Source of the DNA: an uncultured Anaerolineaceae bacterium
Lineage (GTDB): Bacteria > Chloroflexota > Anaerolineae > Anaerolineales > UBA11579
Direction: 5' to 3'
Length of the DNA: 64,000 nt
Assembly: GCA_964572455.1 (NCBI GenBank)
Contig: CAZNFL010000002.1
Coordinates: 1,423 to 65,422, forward strand
Shown: piece by piece, positions 18,115 through 26,780 of the stretch
How the letters are laid out: each line of letters starts with the position of its first letter
Numbering within the stretch: the stretch's first letter is position 1
Notes under the pieces: generated by a model
Told to the model about the DNA's origin: nothing
The model's input: only the letters and a program-made list of their open reading frames with translations
Databases searched by the model: none
Translations under genes and position numbers: made by a program

Positions 18115-20481
18115 TTAACGCAGGGGCCAAAAATAAGGAATGGTGAAGATGGCGACCAGCATGATCAAAATGGTCAGCGGGAGCCCCACCTTTGTGTAGT
18201 CAATAAAGCGATACCCACCGGGACCCATGATCAGCAGGTTGGCCGGGTGGCTGATCGGGCTAAGGAAGGGAATGGCCGCCCCCATGGCCACGGTTAGCAA
18301 CAGCGCCTGCGGGGACGCCTGCAAGCCGGAGGCCGTGCTCAGCAAGATGGTGGGCACCAGCACGGCCACGATGGGGGGCGGGATGACCTGCGCCAGCAGG
18401 TTGCTCACCAGGAAAAGAATGGCAAGCAGCAAAGTAGTGTTCCACGCGCCGGCCTGCGCGAAAAGCTGCTGGCCCACGTAGGCCGCCGCGCCGCTGTTCT
18501 GCAGGGCGATGCCCAGCGGCAGCATGCCCGCGATCAAAAATACCACCGGCCATTGGATGGATTGCTGCGCCTCTTCCATATTCAGGCAGCGGGTCAGCAC
18601 CATGGCCGCCGCGCCTGCCACCGCCGCGATCTCGATTGGCACCAGGCGCAGCCCGGCCAGCGCCACGATGCTGGCCAAGATCAGCGTCGCCAGCAGCGCC
18701 CGCTCGCGCTTGGGCGCTTCCTGGATCTCCTGGGACAGCACCAGGAACTCGCCTTCCTCCGCCAGCATTTTGATGCGGTTGCGATCTCCATAGATCAAGA
18801 CCGAATCACCGTGGTGTAGCGGCATTTCTCGAAGATTGGATCGGTAAGCGCGTCCGCCGCGCCACACCGCCAATACGTTCAGCCCAAATTTTTCGCGGAA
18901 GCGCAGGTCGCGCAGGCTCTTGCCACCGACTTTGGAATGCGGCGAGATCACCGCCTCGACCAGGCCCACCTCGTCCGTCTCCAGGTCGCCGAGTTCCGGG
19001 ATCTTGCCTTCCTCCACATGCACTTGCTGCATAGCCCGCAGCAATTCCACGTCCTCCACTTTGCCCTCGACCACCAGTTGGTCGCCGGCCTGCAAACGTT
19101 CCTTTGGCTTGGGCATCAGCCGCGTTTTACCTTTGCGTATGATGCCCAGCACGGAGAGTCCAAAAGCTTCCCCGAGCTCGCTCTGCGCCAGGGTCTTGCC
19201 CACCAGCTTCGATCCCTCCGGGATCGCCACCAGCATCAAGCGTTCCTCTAGCTGGTAGATCTTCACCGCGTCCTGGCGCCCGGGCACAAAATCCTTGGAG
19301 GCGGCCAGCTTGTCCAGGTTGTCCCGGCTGGCTTGCACCAGCAGCCGGTCGGCCTCCTGCAGCGGGATATCTTGCAGGTTAGTGCGCATTGGCCGCTCGT
19401 TGCGCCAGATCGCCAACACATTGGCTTTGTATTTGTCGCGGAAATTGCAATGGTAAAGGCTGAGCCCGATAAGTTCAGAATCTTTTGGAACGGTGACTTC
19501 CAGCAAAGATATTTGCTTGGAGACCAGGTTTTTTACATTGAGTAATACGCTTTCCTCATCCTGGCCATTGGTTTTTTCCAGAGTGAGATGCTGCCCGGTA
19601 ACCAGCTCTTCCAGCCAGTCCGCTTTTCCCAATACCAGCAGCTGGTCGCCGCCGTGCAAGATGGTGTTGGGTGTTGGCGCATATTTCGTTTTTCCCAGAT
19701 GGCTGATGCTGATCACGTTCAGTTTCAGCGCGCTGCCCAGCCGGCTTTCGCCCAGGCGTTTGCCGGCCAGCACGCTGTCCGAGGGCAGCTGCAGCGTGAA
19801 CAAGCGATCCTCGAGCTCGAACAGCTTGCCCGGTTCCTGGCTGCTGCGCCGCAGCTCGCCTGCCAGGTCGCGCTGCGGCAGCAGGCGCCGACCCAGCACC
19901 ACCATGAAGGCGATGCCGGCCAGGGTTACGGGCACACCGGCGTAAAGAAAATCAAAGAAATGGAATTGTTGGCCGTTGAACTCCTGCAGGGCGTTGCTCA
20001 CCAGGATGTTGCCTTGCGTACCGATCAGCGTATTCACCCCGCCCAGCAAGGTCCCAAAGGCCAGCGGCATGAGCAATTTGGAAGGCAGAATCTTTCGTTT
20101 GCGCGCCACGTAGGTGATCACGGGCAGGAACATGGCCACGATGGCGGTGCCGTTCATGAAGGCCGAGAGCCCTGCCACGATCAGCATCAAGATGGCGGTG
20201 AATCCTGCCTCCCCCCGCCCGCTGAGGCGCAGGATGCTGCGCCCCATCAGGTTGGCCACCCCGGTGCGGGACAGACCTGCCCCCAGGATGAACATAGCCC
20301 AAACGGTGATCACCGCCGGGTTGCTGAACCCGGAAAGGGCTTCAGCCGGGCTCACCAGGCCGGTCAGCGCCAGGCTCAGCAGTACCAAAAGGGCGATCAG
20401 GTCGGAGCGCAGCCTGGCAAAGGCCAGCAAGACCACCGCAACCCCTAAAATGCCGAGGGTTAGGGCAATTTCGTTGGTCAT
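18115..20481 (-). CDS. SLC13/CitMHS-type permease with four TrkA-C (RCK-C) domains
   Basis: GFSNPAV, LLMPLAFG, four repeats of P..S.L.G..L...F...VL.I.R, MGPGGYRF.DY. Confidence 0.85.
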   Translation of the reverse strand: MTNEIALTLGILGVAVVLLAFARLRSDLIALLVLLSLALTGLVSPAEALSGFSNPAVITVWAMFILGAGLSRTGVANLMGRSILRLSGRGEAGFTAILMLIVAGLSAFMNGTAIVAMFLPVITYVARKRKILPSKLLMPLAFGTLLGGVNTLIGTQGNILVSNALQEFNGQQFHFFDFLYAGVPVTLAGIAFMVVLGRRLLPQRDLAGELRRSSQEPGKLFELEDRLFTLQLPSDSVLAGKRLGESRLGSALKLNVISISHLGKTKYAPTPNTILHGGDQLLVLGKADWLEELVTGQHLTLEKTNGQDEESVLLNVKNLVSKQISLLEVTVPKDSELIGLSLYHCNFRDKYKANVLAIWRNERPMRTNLQDIPLQEADRLLVQASRDNLDKLAASKDFVPGRQDAVKIYQLEERLMLVAIPEGSKLVGKTLAQSELGEAFGLSVLGIIRKGKTRLMPKPKERLQAGDQLVVEGKVEDVELLRAMQQVHVEEGKIPELGDLETDEVGLVEAVISPHSKVGGKSLRDLRFREKFGLNVLAVWRGGRAYRSNLREMPLHHGDSVLIYGDRNRIKMLAEEGEFLVLSQEIQEAPKRERALLATLILASIVALAGLRLVPIEIAAVAGAAAMVLTRCLNMEEAQQSIQWPVVFLIAGMLPLGIALQNSGAAAYVGQQLFAQAGAWNTTLLLAILFLVSNLLAQVIPPPIVAVLVPTILLSTASGLQASPQALLLTVAMGAAIPFLSPISHPANLLIMGPGGYRFIDYTKVGLPLTILIMLVAIFTIPYFWPLR

Positions 20482-20615
20482 TTGGTTGTTTGCGGGCAAA
20501 AATACGGGGAGAAAGGCATCTTTTGGGATTATACCGTTGGGGGTTCAGCCTTCGCCACACCCCGAATGTTATAATCCGTCCCTTGCCCCTTTTCCATAAA
20601 CTGGAGACGCCCTGA

Positions 20616-21959
20616 ATGAAAGCTTCTGAAGTCCACGCTCAAATTGCCAAACACCTGCCCCCCGGCAGTGAACCCATAGTGGTGGACTTGGAACGCTCTC
20701 ATGGCGCCTACTTACACGACGCCCTTACCGGTAAGGAATATATAGATTTCTTCACTTATTTCGCCAGCGCGCCCATCGGCCACAACCACCCCAAGATGCA
20801 CGACTCGTCATTTATCGAACGCTTGCTGAGCGCCGCCATCTCCAAGCCTTCCTCCTCGGATTTCTACACCACCTATATGGCCGAGTTTGTGGAGACTTTC
20901 GCCCGCCTGGCTATGCCCGCCGATATGCAGCACCTCTTCCTTATCGGGGGTGGGGCGCTGGCTGTGGAAAACGGGCTCAAGGTGGCTTTTGACTGGAAGG
21001 TGCGCCGCAACTTTGCCCGCGTCGGCCAGGCCTCATCCAACGGTGCCCTTCCTCGCGTCGACGGCTTGGGCGGCAAGGTCATCCATTTCCGCGACGCTTT
21101 CCACGGCCGTTCCGGTTACACCATCAGCATGACCAATACGGACGATGCCCGCAAGTACCTCTATTTCCCCAAGTTCGATTGGCCGCGGGTCATCAACCCC
21201 AAACTGCGCTTCCCGGTGACCGACGAGGTTTTGGCCGATGTGAAACGGGTAGAAGAGATCGCCATCGCCCAAATTGAGACCGCTCTGCAGCAATACCCTG
21301 GTGATATCGCCGCCTTGATCATCGAACCCATCCAGGGCGAAGGCGGCGACAACCACTTCCGCCCCGAGTTCTTTGCCGAGCTGCGTCGCCTGGCCGATGA
21401 GCACGAATTCCTGTTCATTGCCGACGAGATCCAGAGCGGCATGGGCATCACCGGCAAGATGTGGGCTATGCAACATATGGGCGTGATGCCCGATGTCATT
21501 GTTTTCGGCAAGAAGTCCCAGGTCTGCGGCATCATCGTCGGGCCGCGCATTGATAATGTCGCCCATAATGTCTTCGCCGAAGAGAGTCGCATTAACTCCA
21601 CCTGGGGTGGGGATGTGACCGATATGGTCCGCTCCACCCGTTTCCTGGAAATTATTCACGAGGAGAAGCTGCTGGAGCACACTGCAAAGATGGGCGATAG
21701 GTTGATGGCTGGCTTGCAAAGCGCAGCCGCTTCCTCGAAGAAATTTATGAGTAACATTCGCGGCCGCGGCATGATGGTCGCTTTCGATGTGCCGGATAAA
21801 CCCGCCCGCGATGCCATGATCGACCGCATGAAAGAGAACGGCATGTATGCCCTAAAGTCCGGGCAACTCTCCATCCGCTTCCGCGGCATGTTGGACATAC
21901 CCGCCGAAATTATTGATAAAGCTGTCAAGATCGTTGAACAAAGCCTGCCAAAGAATTAG
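20616..21959 (+). CDS. lat: L-lysine 6-transaminase (class III aminotransferase)
   Basis: GALAVENGLKVAFDWK, FHGRSGY, PKFDWPR, EPIQGEGGD, FGKKSQV, RINSTWGG. Confidence 0.9.
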   Translation: MKASEVHAQIAKHLPPGSEPIVVDLERSHGAYLHDALTGKEYIDFFTYFASAPIGHNHPKMHDSSFIERLLSAAISKPSSSDFYTTYMAEFVETFARLAMPADMQHLFLIGGGALAVENGLKVAFDWKVRRNFARVGQASSNGALPRVDGLGGKVIHFRDAFHGRSGYTISMTNTDDARKYLYFPKFDWPRVINPKLRFPVTDEVLADVKRVEEIAIAQIETALQQYPGDIAALIIEPIQGEGGDNHFRPEFFAELRRLADEHEFLFIADEIQSGMGITGKMWAMQHMGVMPDVIVFGKKSQVCGIIVGPRIDNVAHNVFAEESRINSTWGGDVTDMVRSTRFLEIIHEEKLLEHTAKMGDRLMAGLQSAAASSKKFMSNIRGRGMMVAFDVPDKPARDAMIDRMKENGMYALKSGQLSIRFRGMLDIPAEIIDKAVKIVEQSLPKN

Positions 21960-21991
21960 AAGGGTAAGCAAGTTCTGGGGGACCGCCTGCC

Positions 21992-23554
21992 ATGTTGCCT
22001 GATTTCAGAGTTCGCCAACGCGATTATTTGCTGGAGATCGCCCGCGTTATCACCCAGGAGCTCGACCTGGATGTCGTGCTGGCGCGCATCCTGCGCCATG
22101 CCGCCGAACTGCTGGCCGGGCAGGCCGGTCTCGTAGCCTTGCGCGGCGAAGAGGGCGGGTGGACTGTGGCAGCTTTCCACGGCATCCCTAAGCCCCTGAT
22201 CAGTTATTTAGATCCGATTCTGGCTGAAGTTCCCGATTACGAAGAAGCCGCCCGCTTTGAGATCCCGGAGGTCAATCGCCTGCTGCATCGCCTGGCGCAG
22301 GAAGTCTCTCTGGGCCTGCTCACCGGTGTAGGCCTGCCTCTCATCGTTCAGAATCGTGTGCTGGGGGTTATTTTTATTTTCCGTAATTATCGCGGCGTTT
22401 TCTCGCGCGAAGACCGGCTGCTGCTGCAAAGTTTTGCCGACCAGGCTGCCATTGCCGTGCACAACGCCCAGCTTTACGACCAAACCAGCAGCCAGGCCCA
22501 GCGGCTGGACGCCATTCTCGATTCAGTGGCGGATGGCATCCTCATCCTCACGCCCGGCAAGAATATCGAGCGCTGCAACCCGGCTTTCGCCCGTTTGCTC
22601 GGCCGGCCCAGCAGCCAGATCATCGGCGGAAAGCATAGCGAAGTGGTCCGCTGGAAGCAGCTTTCCCACGGCCCCACCCTGGAACAGGCCGAGGCCGGGG
22701 GCTGGCCGCTGACGCCGACCGCCACCCTTTACGTGGAGGGTGACCTGCTGCGCGCCGATGGCAGCGTGGTGGCCGTGGGGGTTACCTATGCCCCGCTGCT
22801 CACCCAGGCTGGGCAGTTGCTCAATATTATTGCCTCGGTGCGCGACGTGAGCCGTTTTCGCCAGGCAGAAGAAATGCAAAGCACCTTTATTTCTGTGATC
22901 AGCCATGAGCTCAAGACCCCGGTAGCCCTGATCAAGGGTTATGTAGGCACTTTGCGCCGTGAGGATGTGCGCTGGGATAGCAAAACGGTGCGAGACAGCC
23001 TGACGGTCATCGAAGAGGAGGCCGACCACCTCGCCGAGCTGATCGAGAACTTGTTGGATGCTTCGCGCCTAGAGGCGGGTGGCCTGGCGCTCAACTCCAC
23101 CGACCTCTCCCTGCCGCGCCTGGCAGAACGCCTCGCCGAACGCTTTCGCACCCAAACCGATAAGCACCAGATCGTGCTGGATTTCCCCGCCGAATTCCCG
23201 ATCATCCTGGCCGACGAGCAGCGCATCAGCCAGGTGCTGCTGAATTTGCTATCCAATGCGGTCAAGTATTCCCCGCAGGGCGGGGAGATCCGCATTGGCG
23301 GCCAGGTGCGCCCGGAACACGTCGTGGTCTGCGTGCAAGACCAAGGCCCCGGCATCCCGCCTGGCGATATTCCGCATATCTTCGATCGCTTCTACCGCGC
23401 CGGCGAGACCGCTCGCAGCATCAAGGGCGCCGGCCTCGGCCTCTACCTCACCCGCGCCATCCTCGAAGCCCATGGCGGGTCTATTTGGGTAGACTCGCAT
23501 TACAAAGCCGGCGCCCGCATTTGCTTTTCATTGCCGCGCGCCAATAACCTATAA
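21992..23554 (+). CDS. GAF-PAS sensor histidine kinase
   Basis: GAF and PAS segments, SHELKTP H-box, NAVKY, DQGPGI, GAGLGL. Confidence 0.92.
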   Translation: MLPDFRVRQRDYLLEIARVITQELDLDVVLARILRHAAELLAGQAGLVALRGEEGGWTVAAFHGIPKPLISYLDPILAEVPDYEEAARFEIPEVNRLLHRLAQEVSLGLLTGVGLPLIVQNRVLGVIFIFRNYRGVFSREDRLLLQSFADQAAIAVHNAQLYDQTSSQAQRLDAILDSVADGILILTPGKNIERCNPAFARLLGRPSSQIIGGKHSEVVRWKQLSHGPTLEQAEAGGWPLTPTATLYVEGDLLRADGSVVAVGVTYAPLLTQAGQLLNIIASVRDVSRFRQAEEMQSTFISVISHELKTPVALIKGYVGTLRREDVRWDSKTVRDSLTVIEEEADHLAELIENLLDASRLEAGGLALNSTDLSLPRLAERLAERFRTQTDKHQIVLDFPAEFPIILADEQRISQVLLNLLSNAVKYSPQGGEIRIGGQVRPEHVVVCVQDQGPGIPPGDIPHIFDRFYRAGETARSIKGAGLGLYLTRAILEAHGGSIWVDSHYKAGARICFSLPRANNL

Positions 23555-23572
23555 TCGTCACAAGAGAGAGTT

Positions 23573-24940
23573 ATGCCTAAAACCCAGGTCCAATGCCCCA
23601 ATTGCAGGCAGCCCGTCATGGCCGATATCGAGCAGCTCTTTGATGCTGGCACCGACCCGGAGGCCAAACAGCGCCTGCTCAGCGGCCAAGCCAACACCTT
23701 GCGCTGCCCGCATTGCGGCTACCAGGGCGCTTTGGCCACGCCCATCATTTATCACGATCCGTCTAAAGAATTATTACTTACCTATTTCCCCCATGAGTTG
23801 AATGTGCCCGTGATGGAGCAGGAGCGGCGCATCGCGCCTCTGCTCAATCGCGTGGTCAATAGTCTCAAGCAGGAGCAACGCAAGGGCTATCTGCTCAAGC
23901 CTCAACACATGTTCACCTTGCAAAGCCTGGTCGAGAAAGTGCTGGAGGGTGAGGGCATCACCAAAGAGATGCTGGATACCCAGCGTAAAAGGGTGGAATT
24001 GCTGCAGCGCATGCTGACCGCTCCGGAAGACAGCCTGCCTGAGCTGGTGAAGAAAGAAGCCGCCACCATCGATTCCGAATTCTTCACATTGTTAAGCCGC
24101 ATGCTCGAAGCGGGAATGTCCGCCAGAGACGAGACCAGCGCCGCCCGGCTGGGCAAGATCCAGGAAGCCTTATTGGAGCATACCGACCTGGGTAAGCAGA
24201 TCAAGCAGCAAGCCGATGAGGTCGAGGCCGCCCGCACCAGCCTTGAAGCGGCCGGCAAAGACCTGACCCGTGAGAAATTGCTGGAGCTATTGATCGCCGC
24301 GGTTGGCAACGAGGTGCGCTTGAACGCCCTGGCCAGCATGACCCGCCCAGGCTTGGACTATGTCTTTTTCCAGACCCTGAGCGACCGCATTGATAAGGCC
24401 CAGGGGGAGGAAAAGGAAAAATTAAACAAGCTGCGCACCGACCTGTTGGAGATCACCAAGCAGATTGACGAGCAGTTGCAAGCCCGCCTGCTGCATGCCC
24501 AACGCAACCTGGAAACATTACTGGACGCCGAAAACCCGAGCGAATTGCTTCAGCAGAATCCCGGTGTGCTGGACGACTTCTTTATGCAGGTATTGAACCA
24601 GGCCTTGGCCGAAGCAGATGAGAAAAAGGACGCCGCCCGCAAACAAAAACTGGAAGCCCTCGTTCAAGTTATCCAGCAATTGATCGCTCCGGGATACAAC
24701 CCGCAGCTGCTCAACGAATTGCTGGAAGCGCCCGATGAAGAGGCCCGCAAACGCGTCATCGACGCCAACCAGGAAAGCATTACTCCCGAATTTGTCGAAT
24801 CCCTCTCGGCCATGATGCTGCAATTGCAAGACGGCAAGGACCAGGACTTGGCCAATAAAGTCCGGGCCGCCTATCGTTTGGCCTTGCGCGTTTCAATGAA
24901 AAAAGGCATCCAATCCCCCGCCGTTGAGCCCAAATCCTAG
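23573..24940 (+). CDS. CpXC domain protein
   Basis: CPNC ... CPHCG ... YHDPSKELLL followed by a helical body. Confidence 0.85.
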   Translation: MPKTQVQCPNCRQPVMADIEQLFDAGTDPEAKQRLLSGQANTLRCPHCGYQGALATPIIYHDPSKELLLTYFPHELNVPVMEQERRIAPLLNRVVNSLKQEQRKGYLLKPQHMFTLQSLVEKVLEGEGITKEMLDTQRKRVELLQRMLTAPEDSLPELVKKEAATIDSEFFTLLSRMLEAGMSARDETSAARLGKIQEALLEHTDLGKQIKQQADEVEAARTSLEAAGKDLTREKLLELLIAAVGNEVRLNALASMTRPGLDYVFFQTLSDRIDKAQGEEKEKLNKLRTDLLEITKQIDEQLQARLLHAQRNLETLLDAENPSELLQQNPGVLDDFFMQVLNQALAEADEKKDAARKQKLEALVQVIQQLIAPGYNPQLLNELLEAPDEEARKRVIDANQESITPEFVESLSAMMLQLQDGKDQDLANKVRAAYRLALRVSMKKGIQSPAVEPKS

Positions 24941-24971
24941 AACGCCTACACCCTTTGATCCCCTTCGTTCC

Positions 24972-25652
24972 CTAACTCTTCTTTTCCGCCTTCGGGTTGT
25001 CCAGCCGTAGCCCGTGGCCGCGCACCGTAACCACGTATTCGTGCGCCTTGTCCACCTCCGCCAGGCGGTCGCGTAAGCGGCGCACCAATGCGTCCAGCGC
25101 CTGGTCGGAGATGCCGTAGGCCTGCTCCTGCCCCCACACCGCCTGCACCATCTCTTCGCGCGGCACCACCAAGCCATCGCGTTGATAAAGCAGGTCTAGC
25201 ATGGTGAACTGGGCCACCGAGAGCGGTGGCGCCACTTCCAAATCCTTCACCCACACGCGCCGCGAGCGCTTATCCATCCGCAGCCGCCGCGGCTGGAGCC
25301 CGCTCTCGATAGGCGGCTCGAACTCCAGCGGCATGGTGGCATCCGAACTGACGTACGCGAACTTTTGCGCCAAGGCGATCTGAATAATGTCCCCATCCGA
25401 TAAGGGGACAATTCCTTTTATCAGTTTCCCGTTGTGGTGGGTTCCATTTTTGCTGCCCAGGTCCTCGAGCACGATTCCTTCTGAGCCGGGGCGCACTTGG
25501 GCGTGTTGTCTTGAAATTTTTCGATCCGGAATGATAATGTCACATTCGTCGCCGCGGCCGATGGTCACTGGCCCGTGGATAACCCATCGGTCCCCATTCA
25601 ATGGCCCGCTTTGGGCCAGGAGTACCGGAAAAGATTCGCTGCTACGCGGCAT
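24972..25652 (-). CDS. FHA domain + OmpR-type winged-helix regulator
   Basis: IGR..SRQHA..DLGSKNGT FHA; ALDALVRRLRDRL..TVRGHG wHTH. The start could be GTG 25664. Confidence 0.88.
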   Translation of the reverse strand: MPRSSESFPVLLAQSGPLNGDRWVIHGPVTIGRGDECDIIIPDRKISRQHAQVRPGSEGIVLEDLGSKNGTHHNGKLIKGIVPLSDGDIIQIALAQKFAYVSSDATMPLEFEPPIESGLQPRRLRMDKRSRRVWVKDLEVAPPLSVAQFTMLDLLYQRDGLVVPREEMVQAVWGQEQAYGISDQALDALVRRLRDRLAEVDKAHEYVVTVRGHGLRLDNPKAEKKS

Positions 25653-25772
25653 GTTTGCTTCCACAGGTATAATACCAAAGTTCGGCGTTAGGCTCTCACC
25701 CGTATTTCCCCCGAGCGAATCGCCTCAGTTCAACGCCCCGGTTCGCTGCCTAAACGGAACCGTTAACTGTTC

Positions 25773-26780
25773 TTGGATGGAGAGAAGATCATACGCAAGC
25801 AACTAGAGGCGGACGGGCTTTTACGCGACCGTTACCGCATCAAGCAATTCATCAGCCGCGGGGGCATGGGCAACATCTACCTGGCCGAAGACCTGCGTCT
25901 GGAAGGCCGCTTGTGCGCCATCAAAGAGGTGCGCCTCGACCCCTCCCTGTCCAAGGAAACCCTGGATCAGACTCGCGCCCAGTTCCTGCGCGAAGCTACT
26001 GTGCTGGCCAGGCTGGATCATCCCAACCTGCCCAAGGTCTCGGATTTCTTTTCTGACGAAGCCATCGATTATCTGGTGATGGATTATGTGCCGGGCGAAG
26101 ACCTGCGCTCCCTGATGCTCGAGGCGCGCCAGCGCCAGGAATTTTTACCCGAAGAGGAAGTGCTGGGCTGGGCCAGCCAGATCGCCAATGCCCTGAACTA
26201 TCTCCATAGCCAGGAGCCGCCCATTCTGCATCGCGACATCAAGCCGAGCAATATCAAGCTGACCCCCAATGGCGTGGTGAAGTTGGTGGATTTCGGCTTG
26301 GTCAAGATCCTGGCCGCTCAGGAGGACACGGTGACCATCGTCCAAGGCCACGGCACAGCCCTTTACACTCCGCTGGAGCAGTATGGCAGCGACAGTGGGC
26401 ATACCGACGTGCGCACTGATGTGTACGCTTTTGGCGCCACCCTCTATCATCTCTTGGTCAATACTGCGCCCCTCGAGGCCCGCGAACGTTTCCTGAATCC
26501 AAAGAGTATGCCTTCGATCCGCGAATTGAATCCCGAGCTCAGTCCGCGCACCGAACGCGCTGTAACCTGGGCGATGAATCTGCATCCGGAAGAGCGGCCG
26601 CAGAGCATTCAGGCCTTCCAGCAGGCCCTGCTCGGCCAGCTGGACCCGCAGACGCGCACCAACGGCCGCCTGCCGCGCCCCACGGTGGCAGATATTCTGT
26701 CGTCGCGCACGGAGCGAACGCTGGTCTGGTTTGCCGGCGCTCTGCTTTTGCTTAGTTTTATTGCTGCGGTGGGTCGTTAA
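25773..26780 (+). CDS. Serine/threonine protein kinase with C-terminal TM helix
   Basis: GGMGNIY, AIKE, HRDIKPSN, DFG, PLEQ, DVYAFG. Confidence 0.93.
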   Translation: MDGEKIIRKQLEADGLLRDRYRIKQFISRGGMGNIYLAEDLRLEGRLCAIKEVRLDPSLSKETLDQTRAQFLREATVLARLDHPNLPKVSDFFSDEAIDYLVMDYVPGEDLRSLMLEARQRQEFLPEEEVLGWASQIANALNYLHSQEPPILHRDIKPSNIKLTPNGVVKLVDFGLVKILAAQEDTVTIVQGHGTALYTPLEQYGSDSGHTDVRTDVYAFGATLYHLLVNTAPLEARERFLNPKSMPSIRELNPELSPRTERAVTWAMNLHPEERPQSIQAFQQALLGQLDPQTRTNGRLPRPTVADILSSRTERTLVWFAGALLLLSFIAAVGR